A stretch of 51,309 nt of DNA from NCBI GenBank assembly GCA_002504845.1, contig DATW01000044.1, forward strand, positions 1-51,309, in the 5' to 3' direction. The position numbers and the translations under genes are program-made. This stretch comes from Euryarchaeota archaeon UBA250 (GTDB taxonomy: Archaea > Thermoplasmatota > Poseidoniia > Poseidoniales > Thalassarchaeaceae). Below the pieces are notes generated by a model. It was not told the origin of the DNA and made no database searches. It saw nothing but the letters and a program-made list of their open reading frames with translations. Shown here piece by piece: positions 8,555-17,725 of the stretch (the stretch's first letter is position 1; each line of letters opens with the position of its first letter).

Positions 8555-10675
8555 GTGCTGACAGGGCCCGAGGAGAGGTTGTTGACCGCTCTTGCAAGTA
8601 TAGAGGTAGATAGAAATCTACGTCGCGACTTCCCCCCCGCACTCTCATTGCCGGCCTTAGCAATGGAACTGGGAGTGGTCCGATCGGCTCTTCACGTGCC
8701 GGCGGCTGCCCTCGAGTCAAAGGGATTGATCCAATCAATCAAGAGCAATGTGATTGGAGCCACAAGGAGAAGAACGGTCCTCTTGCTGACCAAAAAAGGA
8801 CTAGAATTAGCAAACGACATGGGCGTCCTAAATGACAGCGGCCAAAGTGCCCCAGCTGCATTCGGAAGATTGAGCGATATCGAGGCTCTTCAGAGCATGC
8901 TCTCCGAGTCTGGAATTGTAACTCTTACTGGACTACCGGGAATCGGCAAGACAACTCTTGCACGAGCTGTTACATACGGTCTTGAGAAAGAAGGCAGGAG
9001 ATTCGGGTGGTGCACGGCTAACGCGGCAACTGATCTCGATCTGATAATGAAGTCGTGGACAAAATTTTCCTTCAATGAGTCCCCGAAGCTCTCCGCATCA
9101 AGACTTGAAGAGGATTTCATCTATGTTCTCGATGAGGCACAGGAGATACATCAAAGACATGCGGAATCAATCAAATCTATGATTCAGAATGCATCTCAAG
9201 CGACTATATTGGTCATAACGAGAACTCCCAGTATCTTCTCAACGATTCCTTCTGCTACCAGATATCCATTGGAAGGAGTAGATATCGAGGCCGCGTCCAA
9301 AATATCCCCTCATTTGGAAAAGAAACGTGCAACACAGATAGCCATCGCCCTCGGAGGGCACCCTCTGGCAATCGAGATGTGGAGGGAGGGCGATGACCTC
9401 CCGACGCCCGAAACTCCAATTGCTGAGTTTGTGACTTCTACTGTGCTGAGTAGATTGAGTACATCCTCCGTGCAAGGTCTTGACAAATTATCCTTGGAAC
9501 CATTCCCAATTCGGAGAAACCATTCCCTTTCCGATCAAACTGTTGATGACCTGGATGAGGCAGCTATCCTGAAATGGGGCGAGTCAGGTTTCGAAGCACA
9601 CCATCTCATCAGAAATGTACATTCAGCCGCCATGGATGAGATGACAAGAGATTCAATACACGCCAATCTGGCTGCTCATTGGTCTACCATCCAAGGTCAT
9701 GAAGCACGGGCGTTTGAAATGCATCACAGAATTGCTTCAGGGCAAAGCCTTGACTCGGAACTTGCAAATCTTGTCTGTGAAGAATCTGAATCTGCCATAG
9801 CCGCGACATTACTCAGCGACGCTTTAGAAAGAGAGGATAGGGACGATTTACGCATACTCGCTGCAACTGTAGCGATCTCAAGAGGAGAAACGAATACAGC
9901 AAGAAAAATAGCAAGCGATATTGAGAAGGGTCCAGATCGTTGGAAAATAGAACTTGAATGCGCCCGTATGAGCGGAGACGACAACGAGTGTTCCAGAATC
10001 GAGGAATTACTTCTTGATCGGCTCCCCGACTCTGAAAGAGCAAGCATATTGGTCAGGGGGGCGATAGCAATGCATGATGATCGCTTACCCGGACCGCTAG
10101 ATTCAGAGTTAGCAATCAGGCTGACTAAAAGACTAGATCAAACAGAGGATATATCATCTGAAATGAGCTCTTCCCTTATGGCTTCAAGGTTGATTCTTCG
10201 ATATATCATCGCTTCAGGTTCTAGTGACGTAATCCAAGCAGCCTCCCTCAGATCATCAATAGTCGAAATTCTTGGTGAGGACCATCCTCGATTAGAAGAG
10301 ATAGATTTGAAAATCACATTACGTCCTTGGAACGATATTGCAGAATCGAGGCTCTTCGAATCTATTCAGAGCACAACTGGGAGATACTCGCGACTCAAGA
10401 AGATTCACTGGGGGCTCGACTCATCTTCCCTCGAGATACCTCAATGGCTCATCAACGCTCATGATGCTGAATTTAAAATCGAGGAGAATAAGAATAGACC
10501 TGAGCATAGGAGGATCGATGCATTCGCATGGTATTGGAGCGGGGCTATCCATCCAGATGATCGGATACGGCTATGGGCAGAAGCAACGCGAAGACTCAGA
10601 TCGGCAGGTTGTGTGAAAGCTGCTTCAGAACTTCTGGATGAAATCCACACGGAGATCAGATCTCGGCGCCGATGA
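8555..10675 (+). CDS. wHTH - NB-ARC (STAND) NTPase - helical/TPR-like C-terminal domain protein
   Basis: GTG start. The wHTH is LPALAMELGVVRSAL...RRRTVLLLTKKGLELA. NB-ARC motifs follow in order: P-loop GLPGIGKTTLA, Walker B FIYVLDEAQE, ILVITRTP, GGHPLAIEMW (GLPLA position) and FEAHHLIRNV (MHD position). Confidence 0.75.
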   Translation: MLTGPEERLLTALASIEVDRNLRRDFPPALSLPALAMELGVVRSALHVPAAALESKGLIQSIKSNVIGATRRRTVLLLTKKGLELANDMGVLNDSGQSAPAAFGRLSDIEALQSMLSESGIVTLTGLPGIGKTTLARAVTYGLEKEGRRFGWCTANAATDLDLIMKSWTKFSFNESPKLSASRLEEDFIYVLDEAQEIHQRHAESIKSMIQNASQATILVITRTPSIFSTIPSATRYPLEGVDIEAASKISPHLEKKRATQIAIALGGHPLAIEMWREGDDLPTPETPIAEFVTSTVLSRLSTSSVQGLDKLSLEPFPIRRNHSLSDQTVDDLDEAAILKWGESGFEAHHLIRNVHSAAMDEMTRDSIHANLAAHWSTIQGHEARAFEMHHRIASGQSLDSELANLVCEESESAIAATLLSDALEREDRDDLRILAATVAISRGETNTARKIASDIEKGPDRWKIELECARMSGDDNECSRIEELLLDRLPDSERASILVRGAIAMHDDRLPGPLDSELAIRLTKRLDQTEDISSEMSSSLMASRLILRYIIASGSSDVIQAASLRSSIVEILGEDHPRLEEIDLKITLRPWNDIAESRLFESIQSTTGRYSRLKKIHWGLDSSSLEIPQWLINAHDAEFKIEENKNRPEHRRIDAFAWYWSGAIHPDDRIRLWAEATRRLRSAGCVKAASELLDEIHTEIRSRRR

Positions 10676-10889
10676 GCGTTCGTGTATCAGTAATCCCCTC
10701 AATTGCCCGAATATCTCCGATGACTATCTTTGTAATTTTAGATTCATCACCCGCTTCTACTTTGACTAGGAGATCGTGACTTCCAAAGACAACCCATCGA
10801 CCGGATACACCGTTTATTGAGTCCAACGCATTCCTAACGGAAATCTCACTACCGGGTTCAGTAGTTATGAGCACGAAACCTACAGACAT
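10656..10889 (-). CDS. Stand-alone RAM (Lrp/AsnC C-terminal ligand-binding) domain protein
   Basis: The 77-aa product MSVGFVLITTEPG...HDLLVKVEAGD...IRAIEGITDTRTLIGAEI matches the RAM fold pattern and has no HTH. ATG 10889 is preceded by GAGGTG with 5-nt spacing. The GTG at 10895 in the ORF track is less likely. Confidence 0.7.
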   Translation of the reverse strand: MSVGFVLITTEPGSEISVRNALDSINGVSGRWVVFGSHDLLVKVEAGDESKITKIVIGDIRAIEGITDTRTLIGAEI

Positions 10890-10891
10890 AG

Positions 10892-11167
10892 TCACACCTC
10901 AGCAGAGATCAGAGTTTCAGTCTTTAGCACGCCTGGTATCGCACGCATTTCTTCAATCAGAAATCTAGTCATGGCCCGAGAATCTTCAAAATCAACCCTT
11001 GCAACGAGATCATACTCGCCATAAACGGAGTGGGTTTCTACAACCGATTCCATCTGAAGGAGACTCGCATAAACGTCTCTCTCTTTCATCGGAAGGGCTT
11101 TGATTAGAACAAACGCAGTCTCGATAAAAATCCCCTCAAACCATCGGGATGAAAGTCCGTTTATCAT
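10892..11167 (-). CDS. Stand-alone RAM (Lrp/AsnC C-terminal ligand-binding) domain protein
   Basis: TAFVLIKALPMKERDVYASL...YDLVARVDFED...MRAIPGVLKTETLISAEV is a paralogue-like match to the downstream gene. It has a 16-aa N-terminal extension and no HTH. Confidence 0.7.
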   Translation of the reverse strand: MINGLSSRWFEGIFIETAFVLIKALPMKERDVYASLLQMESVVETHSVYGEYDLVARVDFEDSRAMTRFLIEEMRAIPGVLKTETLISAEV

Positions 11168-11198
11168 GCCTCCCTACAATTTGTACAGCGCACATATC

Positions 11199-14100
11199 AT
11201 GGCAAAGCATACAACGATACCATGCTGTAATCGAGTAGTGAGGGTGCGAGCGAAGGCGAATCGGACCCCTCGATGGGCCCTCTTCATTGTGGCGATAATG
11301 GTACTTTCTTTGGCCCCGCCAGTCACTTCTTCAACTACAGTTATCGTATGGTCTGGAATTGTAAATTTACCCGACGGAGCGGTGATTGATGGCGATCAAG
11401 TGGTCCAAGTACAACCGGGAACGGAAATAAGAATCGGAGAGGGGGAATCGATTGAAATTGAGGGCAGGCTCTCAGTTTTAGGAACAGAAAACGAGCAAGT
11501 AATTGTAAATTCAATTGATGGTAAGCATGATGGTATTCATTTCGACCCTGCTAGCCGAGGTCTCGGGTCCTCAATTTCTCATCTAATAATTGAAAATGCT
11601 TCACGAGGAATAATAATCGTTGATTCCGACCCGATAATGAACAATATCACAGTTCTAAATGCTGATTTCGTGGCAGTTGATCTATTCTCATCTGCGAATC
11701 CACAGATCACCAATCTGACTATGCAGGGAGGCGGACAAGACGTACATGGGATATCTGGAACATGGCGATATGGTATCGGCCTATCATTGGGGAGTGGAAG
11801 CGCTCCAATAGTAGACGGCTTAGTGGCTGACAGCCTAGTCACTCGAGCACTCAATGTATGGGGCGGTTCTGGAGGGGTAATCAGCGATTTATCAATCACT
11901 AATGTCAGTGGAGCAACTCTTGCCGTTTCTTCAGGAATATGGGTCGAAGACTCCGTTTTGTTGATATCAGATACAGAGATAGAGAAATCGGATAATGGGA
12001 TTTTCGTACGCCATATATCCGAGGGATTCACGACACGCCCCACTCTGGAGAATATCTCCATCTCCAATTCGAAGTATCGTGGGATCATGATTGAACAGTA
12101 CAATCGATCCAAGTGGAATGATTTGAATGTGAATGCAATTATCAGGAATGCTACTGTTTCGGGAACAGGAGGGCCTGCCTCAGAAACACAGGGCCTCGCT
12201 ATTGCTGCTGTTGAACTTAACACCAGTGGCGCATTTATCGAAGGCTTAAATCTGATTTCGAATTACGCCACAGGACTCAAGGCATACATGATTGATGGCA
12301 CATCTGTATTCAGAGACATCGCATCTTCCGATGACGGCTCAAGAAATGCCGGATCCGGCCCAGGGGAAAAGGCCGGCATCTATCTCAGAAGTGCTAGCTG
12401 GCCTGTAACCTTGGAAGACGTTAGCGTGACGGGCGCGCAAGGCTCCGGAATCCTACTCTGGAAGGGAGGAGCAGCTGGATACAATTGGACAACCACTCAG
12501 AATGGAGGCGTGGGCATCGATGTCAGAGAGTTCCATCCAGAGGTAGTAGGACTCGCATCTTCGATGAATCAGCTCTCTGGTGTACGAATCATGGACTCAT
12601 CTAATGTTTGGATAGAGAATGCTCTTACTTCCGGAAATGGCGCCATGGCGACGATAAATTCAGAGGGCGCAGGGTTTTCTTTTGTCCGCTCAAACGATTT
12701 TATCAGTTCGGGTAAAAATGTGAGTTGTGTCAACTGCACATCCAATGGAGATAAAGTGGGTTTTTCCATAGTCGATAGCATAGATCTGCAGTTGATTGGT
12801 ATTAGCTCTGTTTCCCCATTATCCGGGCTTGCAATATCTGGAGATGGGACCAACCTTCAGAGAAATGGTCCAGTTTTAATCCATGGAGCAGACTTGCAGA
12901 CAGATTCAATCAGTCCTGCTGTCGTAATGCAGTCGATCGACGCCCATCTTCTTGATGTGTCGATATCCGGAATATCTGGAGGGCTAGAGTGGTCTCCTTC
13001 TGGCTCATCAGAATCGAGCATGGTCAACAGCCAGATCACAGGAATCAGCGGATGTGCCTCATTCTCAGGATTCCATTCCATGGTCATCGAGAATGTAATC
13101 TTTAATTGCACCACTCAAAATCCGCCTTCATTCCACTCATCAAACGCATCACTCAGTGATGTCGAATTAATCGGCCCATCCTCTCTAAATCTCTCATCAG
13201 GAAGTATCGTAAATTGGATATCTTCCTCGCCGATCACCGAGCCATCATCAGATGATAATGACGATCTGCTAAACATCTCATGGATGATTCAAGCAGAGGC
13301 AGTCAATCAAAACGGATATGGAATACCATATGCAGAATTGAACCTCTCATTTGATTCACTTCAGCAAGACCAGATTCAGATTCTGCCCTATTCTGGTAGG
13401 TCAAATATCGGCCCATATGTGGGCCAAACCTGGAATAACAGTGCAGGCTGGTCTTCCATAGCCAGCGTACAAGGCGTTTGCTCTTATGGTGGCTACAGCA
13501 ACTCAACGGATATCATGCTCCTGAATCAAGATATTTCGATGGTATGTGAAATTGATTTACCCAATCAACCCCCATTCATCGTCTGGGAATCACCAAGAGA
13601 TGGGTCGGTATTCGGGAGTTCAGACAGGGTCATTCTGAATGCCACTCATTCATGGGATATGGATGATGACTCACTCACATACTTGTGGACAAGTTCGATC
13701 GATGGCATCCTAGCGGGACCATCCACTGGATCATCGTATGTAATAGCAAATAGTGGACATGAGGCTGCTCCAAATCTAAGTGACGGTCAACATGACATCA
13801 CCCTCGAGGTCTGTGACTCGACAGGCCTATGTTCAACCGAACAACGCTCGATTGAATTACTCAACCTCCCGCCCTCTGTATCCGTCGAAGCTTCACCTCA
13901 AATCTCTCCGTTCGGGGTCATGAGTCTCGGAATGACAAGAAATGCGACTGTTGACTTGTCTGGGACTTATGATCCAGAAGATGACTCTCTCCAGTGTTGG
14001 ATCCGAACCAGCTACGGCACGAACACGTCTCTCAGTCCGCCATGCAATACGATCTTCTCGGTTGGCTTTGACCCATCAGAAGATGCATTCACCGCAACAG

Positions 14101-15830
14101 TATCTGTGTATGATGGCTCAAATCAGCCAGTTTCATGGACCTTTACCGTCGATCATTTCAATGAGTTACCTGAGATAAATCACTCAATTACTCGATTAGG
14201 AACAACATCAGAAGATATGCTGGACATAAGCTTCGAAGGAACCTTCGATCCCGAAGGAGATACTCTGCATCTTGCAATTGAATCTGATTTGGATGGAATC
14301 ATATGGTCTGGAATTGAGGAATCTGATGGCAACTCGTGGCAAGGACGACTTTCGAAGGGATCGCATCTGCTAACGTTGAGTGCATGGGACAATAGTCCGG
14401 AGAATACGGGTCGAAAATCGTATGATCAGGTAGAAATTGAAGTCACCAATTCAGATCCAAGATCCGTAATTGCCTTTCCTCATGAGGGTTATACGACAGA
14501 CTCTTCAAATCTGATTGAATTCAGTGCAACCGGTTCAGGAGATCAGGATTTACACTGTTTGGAACTTCCTCAAGAGGGGTGGGGCTTACTATGTTCCCCA
14601 AGAGAGTCTTCAAATGATTTAGTCAGTGTCGTGTGGAATCTCAATGATCAATTGGAACCGCTTTCAACCGAATGGAGTTTCCAGTCGCGGCTTCCAGAAG
14701 GAAGTCATATCCTGACCCTCACAGTGGATGATGGATTGGGAAATCCTGCATATTCATTTGTTAATGTCACTGTTTCCCCCTCCGCCCCTATTATTGTGAT
14801 AGATAGTCCAGAAGACGGCACATCCTCAAAATCAAATGAGAAAGTGGTCTTCGATCTTCGTAACTCGTTTGATACAGATGGAAACTCCTTCTCTATGACG
14901 ATTTATTCTGATGTACACGAGGCACCGATATTGCAAGGTGTAAATCCCAATCAAATTCATGAAAGACATCTCTCAACGGGACAGCATAATATCACAATCA
15001 TCCTTGAGGACTCCACAGGACTCTCAAGAATTAGTGAAATATCGTTACAAATTCTTCCAAGCGCCCCCGTTGTAACGATAGCATCCCCTCAAGATGGACG
15101 CTTCTTTCCCCCTGGTGATCGAGTACTCCTTGACTCCACGGGAACTGTAGACTATGATGGCGATCTATTGCTACTGGAATGGACTCTTGCTGATGGCACA
15201 ACTCTTGGTTCCAACTCAATTATAGAGGCCAATCTACCGCCAGGGCAGCATATTATCGTACTAACCGCGAAAGACTCTAGAGGAACATTTGACCAAGACT
15301 CCATCTCAATAATGGTGGGTTCGAGTGCCCCATTCCTCTCTTCCCTTTCAGTATCTCCTGACAGTCTGAACAGTAAACAGGCCCAGACGATAAAGATACA
15401 AGTATCTCTGGTCGATCTTGATGGAACATCTGAGCAGGTATCGGCTGTCATAACAGTTTCAGGGAATCCTACATTGGTCGAATTGAACGATGACGGGGCA
15501 TTTGGAGATTCAGTACCCGGCGATGGGGTGTGGACAAGGAATGTCCAGGTGTCGCCGGACGATAGTGATTGGATGAGAATCGACGTATGGGCCAGAGATG
15601 GCGACACCGTAAGTCCGACGCTCACCGTTACAATCCCGATAGAGGATGATGATTCGGATTCAGAAATAATTCAGAGCATTCTGACATGGGGTGCGACGGC
15701 AGTAGCCCTTCTTGGGATAATCGGCTTAGCCGTCGCTCGTTCGAGACGAGCTTCTACGATAGCAGATATAGAAATGATCGAGTCATGGCGCGGATTTAAT
15801 TCCGATCCAGATGAGGAAGCGTTCGAATAG
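11199..15830 (+). CDS. Giant surface protein: signal/TM, right-handed beta-helix (PbH1/NosD-like) region, six tandem PKD/Ig-like units plus a seventh more divergent unit, C-terminal TM anchor
   Basis: The N-terminal hydrophobic segment is RWALFIVAIMVLSLAPPVTSS. Beta-helix-type repeats occur (IIENASRGIIIVDSDPIMNNITVLNADF and similar). Units of about 95-105 aa repeat with D-x-D-G-D-x-L...W...G-x-H-x-I-T-L-x-V-x-D. The C-terminus WGATAVALLGIIGLAVA is followed by RSRR. Many N-x-S/T sequons are present. The start could instead be 11166. Confidence 0.8.
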   Translation: MAKHTTIPCCNRVVRVRAKANRTPRWALFIVAIMVLSLAPPVTSSTTVIVWSGIVNLPDGAVIDGDQVVQVQPGTEIRIGEGESIEIEGRLSVLGTENEQVIVNSIDGKHDGIHFDPASRGLGSSISHLIIENASRGIIIVDSDPIMNNITVLNADFVAVDLFSSANPQITNLTMQGGGQDVHGISGTWRYGIGLSLGSGSAPIVDGLVADSLVTRALNVWGGSGGVISDLSITNVSGATLAVSSGIWVEDSVLLISDTEIEKSDNGIFVRHISEGFTTRPTLENISISNSKYRGIMIEQYNRSKWNDLNVNAIIRNATVSGTGGPASETQGLAIAAVELNTSGAFIEGLNLISNYATGLKAYMIDGTSVFRDIASSDDGSRNAGSGPGEKAGIYLRSASWPVTLEDVSVTGAQGSGILLWKGGAAGYNWTTTQNGGVGIDVREFHPEVVGLASSMNQLSGVRIMDSSNVWIENALTSGNGAMATINSEGAGFSFVRSNDFISSGKNVSCVNCTSNGDKVGFSIVDSIDLQLIGISSVSPLSGLAISGDGTNLQRNGPVLIHGADLQTDSISPAVVMQSIDAHLLDVSISGISGGLEWSPSGSSESSMVNSQITGISGCASFSGFHSMVIENVIFNCTTQNPPSFHSSNASLSDVELIGPSSLNLSSGSIVNWISSSPITEPSSDDNDDLLNISWMIQAEAVNQNGYGIPYAELNLSFDSLQQDQIQILPYSGRSNIGPYVGQTWNNSAGWSSIASVQGVCSYGGYSNSTDIMLLNQDISMVCEIDLPNQPPFIVWESPRDGSVFGSSDRVILNATHSWDMDDDSLTYLWTSSIDGILAGPSTGSSYVIANSGHEAAPNLSDGQHDITLEVCDSTGLCSTEQRSIELLNLPPSVSVEASPQISPFGVMSLGMTRNATVDLSGTYDPEDDSLQCWIRTSYGTNTSLSPPCNTIFSVGFDPSEDAFTATVSVYDGSNQPVSWTFTVDHFNELPEINHSITRLGTTSEDMLDISFEGTFDPEGDTLHLAIESDLDGIIWSGIEESDGNSWQGRLSKGSHLLTLSAWDNSPENTGRKSYDQVEIEVTNSDPRSVIAFPHEGYTTDSSNLIEFSATGSGDQDLHCLELPQEGWGLLCSPRESSNDLVSVVWNLNDQLEPLSTEWSFQSRLPEGSHILTLTVDDGLGNPAYSFVNVTVSPSAPIIVIDSPEDGTSSKSNEKVVFDLRNSFDTDGNSFSMTIYSDVHEAPILQGVNPNQIHERHLSTGQHNITIILEDSTGLSRISEISLQILPSAPVVTIASPQDGRFFPPGDRVLLDSTGTVDYDGDLLLLEWTLADGTTLGSNSIIEANLPPGQHIIVLTAKDSRGTFDQDSISIMVGSSAPFLSSLSVSPDSLNSKQAQTIKIQVSLVDLDGTSEQVSAVITVSGNPTLVELNDDGAFGDSVPGDGVWTRNVQVSPDDSDWMRIDVWARDGDTVSPTLTVTIPIEDDDSDSEIIQSILTWGATAVALLGIIGLAVARSRRASTIADIEMIESWRGFNSDPDEEAFE
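13560..15323 (+). repeat. Six tandem PKD/Ig-like coding repeats inside the giant surface protein gene
   Basis: Unit boundaries were read from the protein (aa 821-1408). Recurring landmarks are DMDDDSLTYLWTSSIDG, DPEDDSLQCW, DPEGDTLHLAIESDLDG, DTDGNSFSMTIYSD and DYDGDLLLLEWTLADG, each followed by G-x-H-x-I/L-T-L. Confidence 0.6.
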
Positions 15831-16595
15831 TCAGTTATCATCAAGGCCCCATGGCGTTCTTTCTCTGGTTAGCCCCATTCTAAGGGTGAATAGTGACAGA
15901 AGGTTCCCAAGCCCGTCTCTCCATGTGTTAATTTCAGCATCGCCAACTCTCGATCTGTATGGTACGCTAATCTCCCTTCTGCGGCTACTTGCTAATTTCG
16001 TCATACATCGAATCTTGAACTCTTGAGACATCGCCATTCCATCATGCTTGGGTCGGAGATCCTTGCGATCAAGAATACTACGTCTGAAGACCCACATGCC
16101 GCTCTGTGAATCTGAAATGGGTGCGAAGAAGAGAAGCCTCGTAAAGAAGGTTAGAGTCTTATTCCCAAGACTGTGGAGCATTGACATAGAGCCATCTTCT
16201 GCCTTTGAGAGTCTGTCGCACGTGATAAAATCCAAATCTTCGTCAATCAGCATCTTGACTAGAGAAGGAATCTCTTCTCCTGGGTACGTGCAGTCAGCAT
16301 CCATTGTCACAATTATATCCGCATCAGAGAGAGCGAATCCTGTTCTGTAGGCCCGCCCATATCCTTTCCTTTCTTCTAAGTGAACTCTCGCACCCACATT
16401 CTCTGCCAGCTCTCTTGTCTTGTCCTTTGAGTTTCCATCTACAACTATGAATCCAAGCTCACGGCACCATTTTCCAGTAGGTACTGATTTGATTGTATCA
16501 ACAATGGCCGCCTCTTCGTTTCTTGTCGGTATTACAACATCGACGCGCACGTCTACACTGTCGCCGCCCATACCCTTTCCACTGATTTCTCCCAC
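15831..16595 (-). CDS. Family 2 glycosyltransferase (dolichyl-phosphate hexose synthase-like)
   Basis: Motifs VDVVIPTRNEE, FIVVDGNSKDKT and a DxD (VTMDADCTYP). The start is GTG 16595 or ATG 16571. Its stop codon abuts the stop of the giant surface protein gene. Confidence 0.85.
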   Translation of the reverse strand: MGEISGKGMGGDSVDVRVDVVIPTRNEEAAIVDTIKSVPTGKWCRELGFIVVDGNSKDKTRELAENVGARVHLEERKGYGRAYRTGFALSDADIIVTMDADCTYPGEEIPSLVKMLIDEDLDFITCDRLSKAEDGSMSMLHSLGNKTLTFFTRLLFFAPISDSQSGMWVFRRSILDRKDLRPKHDGMAMSQEFKIRCMTKLASSRRREISVPYRSRVGDAEINTWRDGLGNLLSLFTLRMGLTRERTPWGLDDN

Positions 16596-16631
16596 TTAAC
16601 GACTAGTGGTGACGCTCATGCCGGCGAACAC

Positions 16632-16638
16632 TTCATTT
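16632..16638 (+). promoter_or_regulatory. Candidate TATA-like box (TTCATTT) for the AI-2E transporter gene
   Basis: It begins 29 nt upstream of ATG 16661. The motif class and spacing match six other plus-strand starts in this window. Confidence 0.4.
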
Positions 16639-16660
16639 CTCTACGTCTTGAGTGAGTGGT

Positions 16661-17725
16661 ATGAGTGACAACACGCGGCTAGGTACAAGCGGACTCAGAT
16701 TACGTACTGCGACCAATTTGGCTGTCTTGCTGTTCGTCGTAATAATCGCCATCAAGGAACTTTCAACAATCATCCAGCCAATGGTTGTAGCTGTATTCCT
16801 ATTTTTCGCAATACGCCCCCCTGCATCATGGCTTGAAGATAAATTCGGGCATCCATTGTTGTCGTATAGCGCAATCTTGGTCACTTTCCTCGGCGGTATA
16901 CTTCTTGTTAGCCAGATACTATACTCTAGCCTATCTGAATTCTCAAGCGAAGTTGACAATCTATCGCCCATATTCAACGAACGAATCGAGCAGGTGGAGG
17001 GGATGGAATTTTACGGGTATAGCATTGATCTTGCTGGCTTGAAAACAGTGGTATCGATCGAAGAGATTAATCGTCTAGTCACTGAGTTCATAGGCTCTCT
17101 AGCCTCATTCACTGCCAATCTCCTAACTGTTCTGATATTCTTGGCTTTCATCATTCTAGAAGCTGAATCCCTTCCAAGAAGAATCATAGCCGCCTTTCCC
17201 GATGAATCAGCACGCTTCGACAATATCGCCAGTAAGGCGGAGCGAAACATCAACGTATACATCAAAACAAAGGCAACTGTTGCTCTCGGGCAGGCAGTCA
17301 TTGCAGGTATCGCACTGACTTTATTCGACATACCGGGGGCATTCATCTGGGCTTTCTTGGTTTTCCTTCTAGATTTCATCCCCTATCTCGGAGCGCTTCT
17401 CTCATTCATACCCCCGGTCATTCTCGCATTCATCATACTGGAACCAGCCGGATTCCTCGCAGTTGTATTCATTCTGGTTGCAAATCAACAGCTTTGGGGA
17501 AGCATCGTCGAACCCCAGTTAGCCGGGCAGAGGTTGGATATGTCACCCATAGTCCTCCTGTCCTTGGTGGCTTTCTGGTATTGGGCGTGGGGCCTCACGG
17601 GAATGATTCTCGGCGTACCTCTGGCAGTCATAATGAAGATCTTGCTCGAGTCGGATGAGCGCACACTCCCAATTGCAATTATGCTATCGAGAAATCCGCC
17701 ATCATCTGTGGACGACAACGATTAG
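16661..17725 (+). CDS. AI-2E family (PerM/UPF0118) transporter
   Basis: Polytopic membrane protein. The conserved core is ALTLFDIPGAFIWAFLVFLLDFIPYLGALLSFIPPVILAF. ATG 16661 was preferred over GTG 16652 because of the -29 box. Confidence 0.85.
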   Translation: MSDNTRLGTSGLRLRTATNLAVLLFVVIIAIKELSTIIQPMVVAVFLFFAIRPPASWLEDKFGHPLLSYSAILVTFLGGILLVSQILYSSLSEFSSEVDNLSPIFNERIEQVEGMEFYGYSIDLAGLKTVVSIEEINRLVTEFIGSLASFTANLLTVLIFLAFIILEAESLPRRIIAAFPDESARFDNIASKAERNINVYIKTKATVALGQAVIAGIALTLFDIPGAFIWAFLVFLLDFIPYLGALLSFIPPVILAFIILEPAGFLAVVFILVANQQLWGSIVEPQLAGQRLDMSPIVLLSLVAFWYWAWGLTGMILGVPLAVIMKILLESDERTLPIAIMLSRNPPSSVDDND

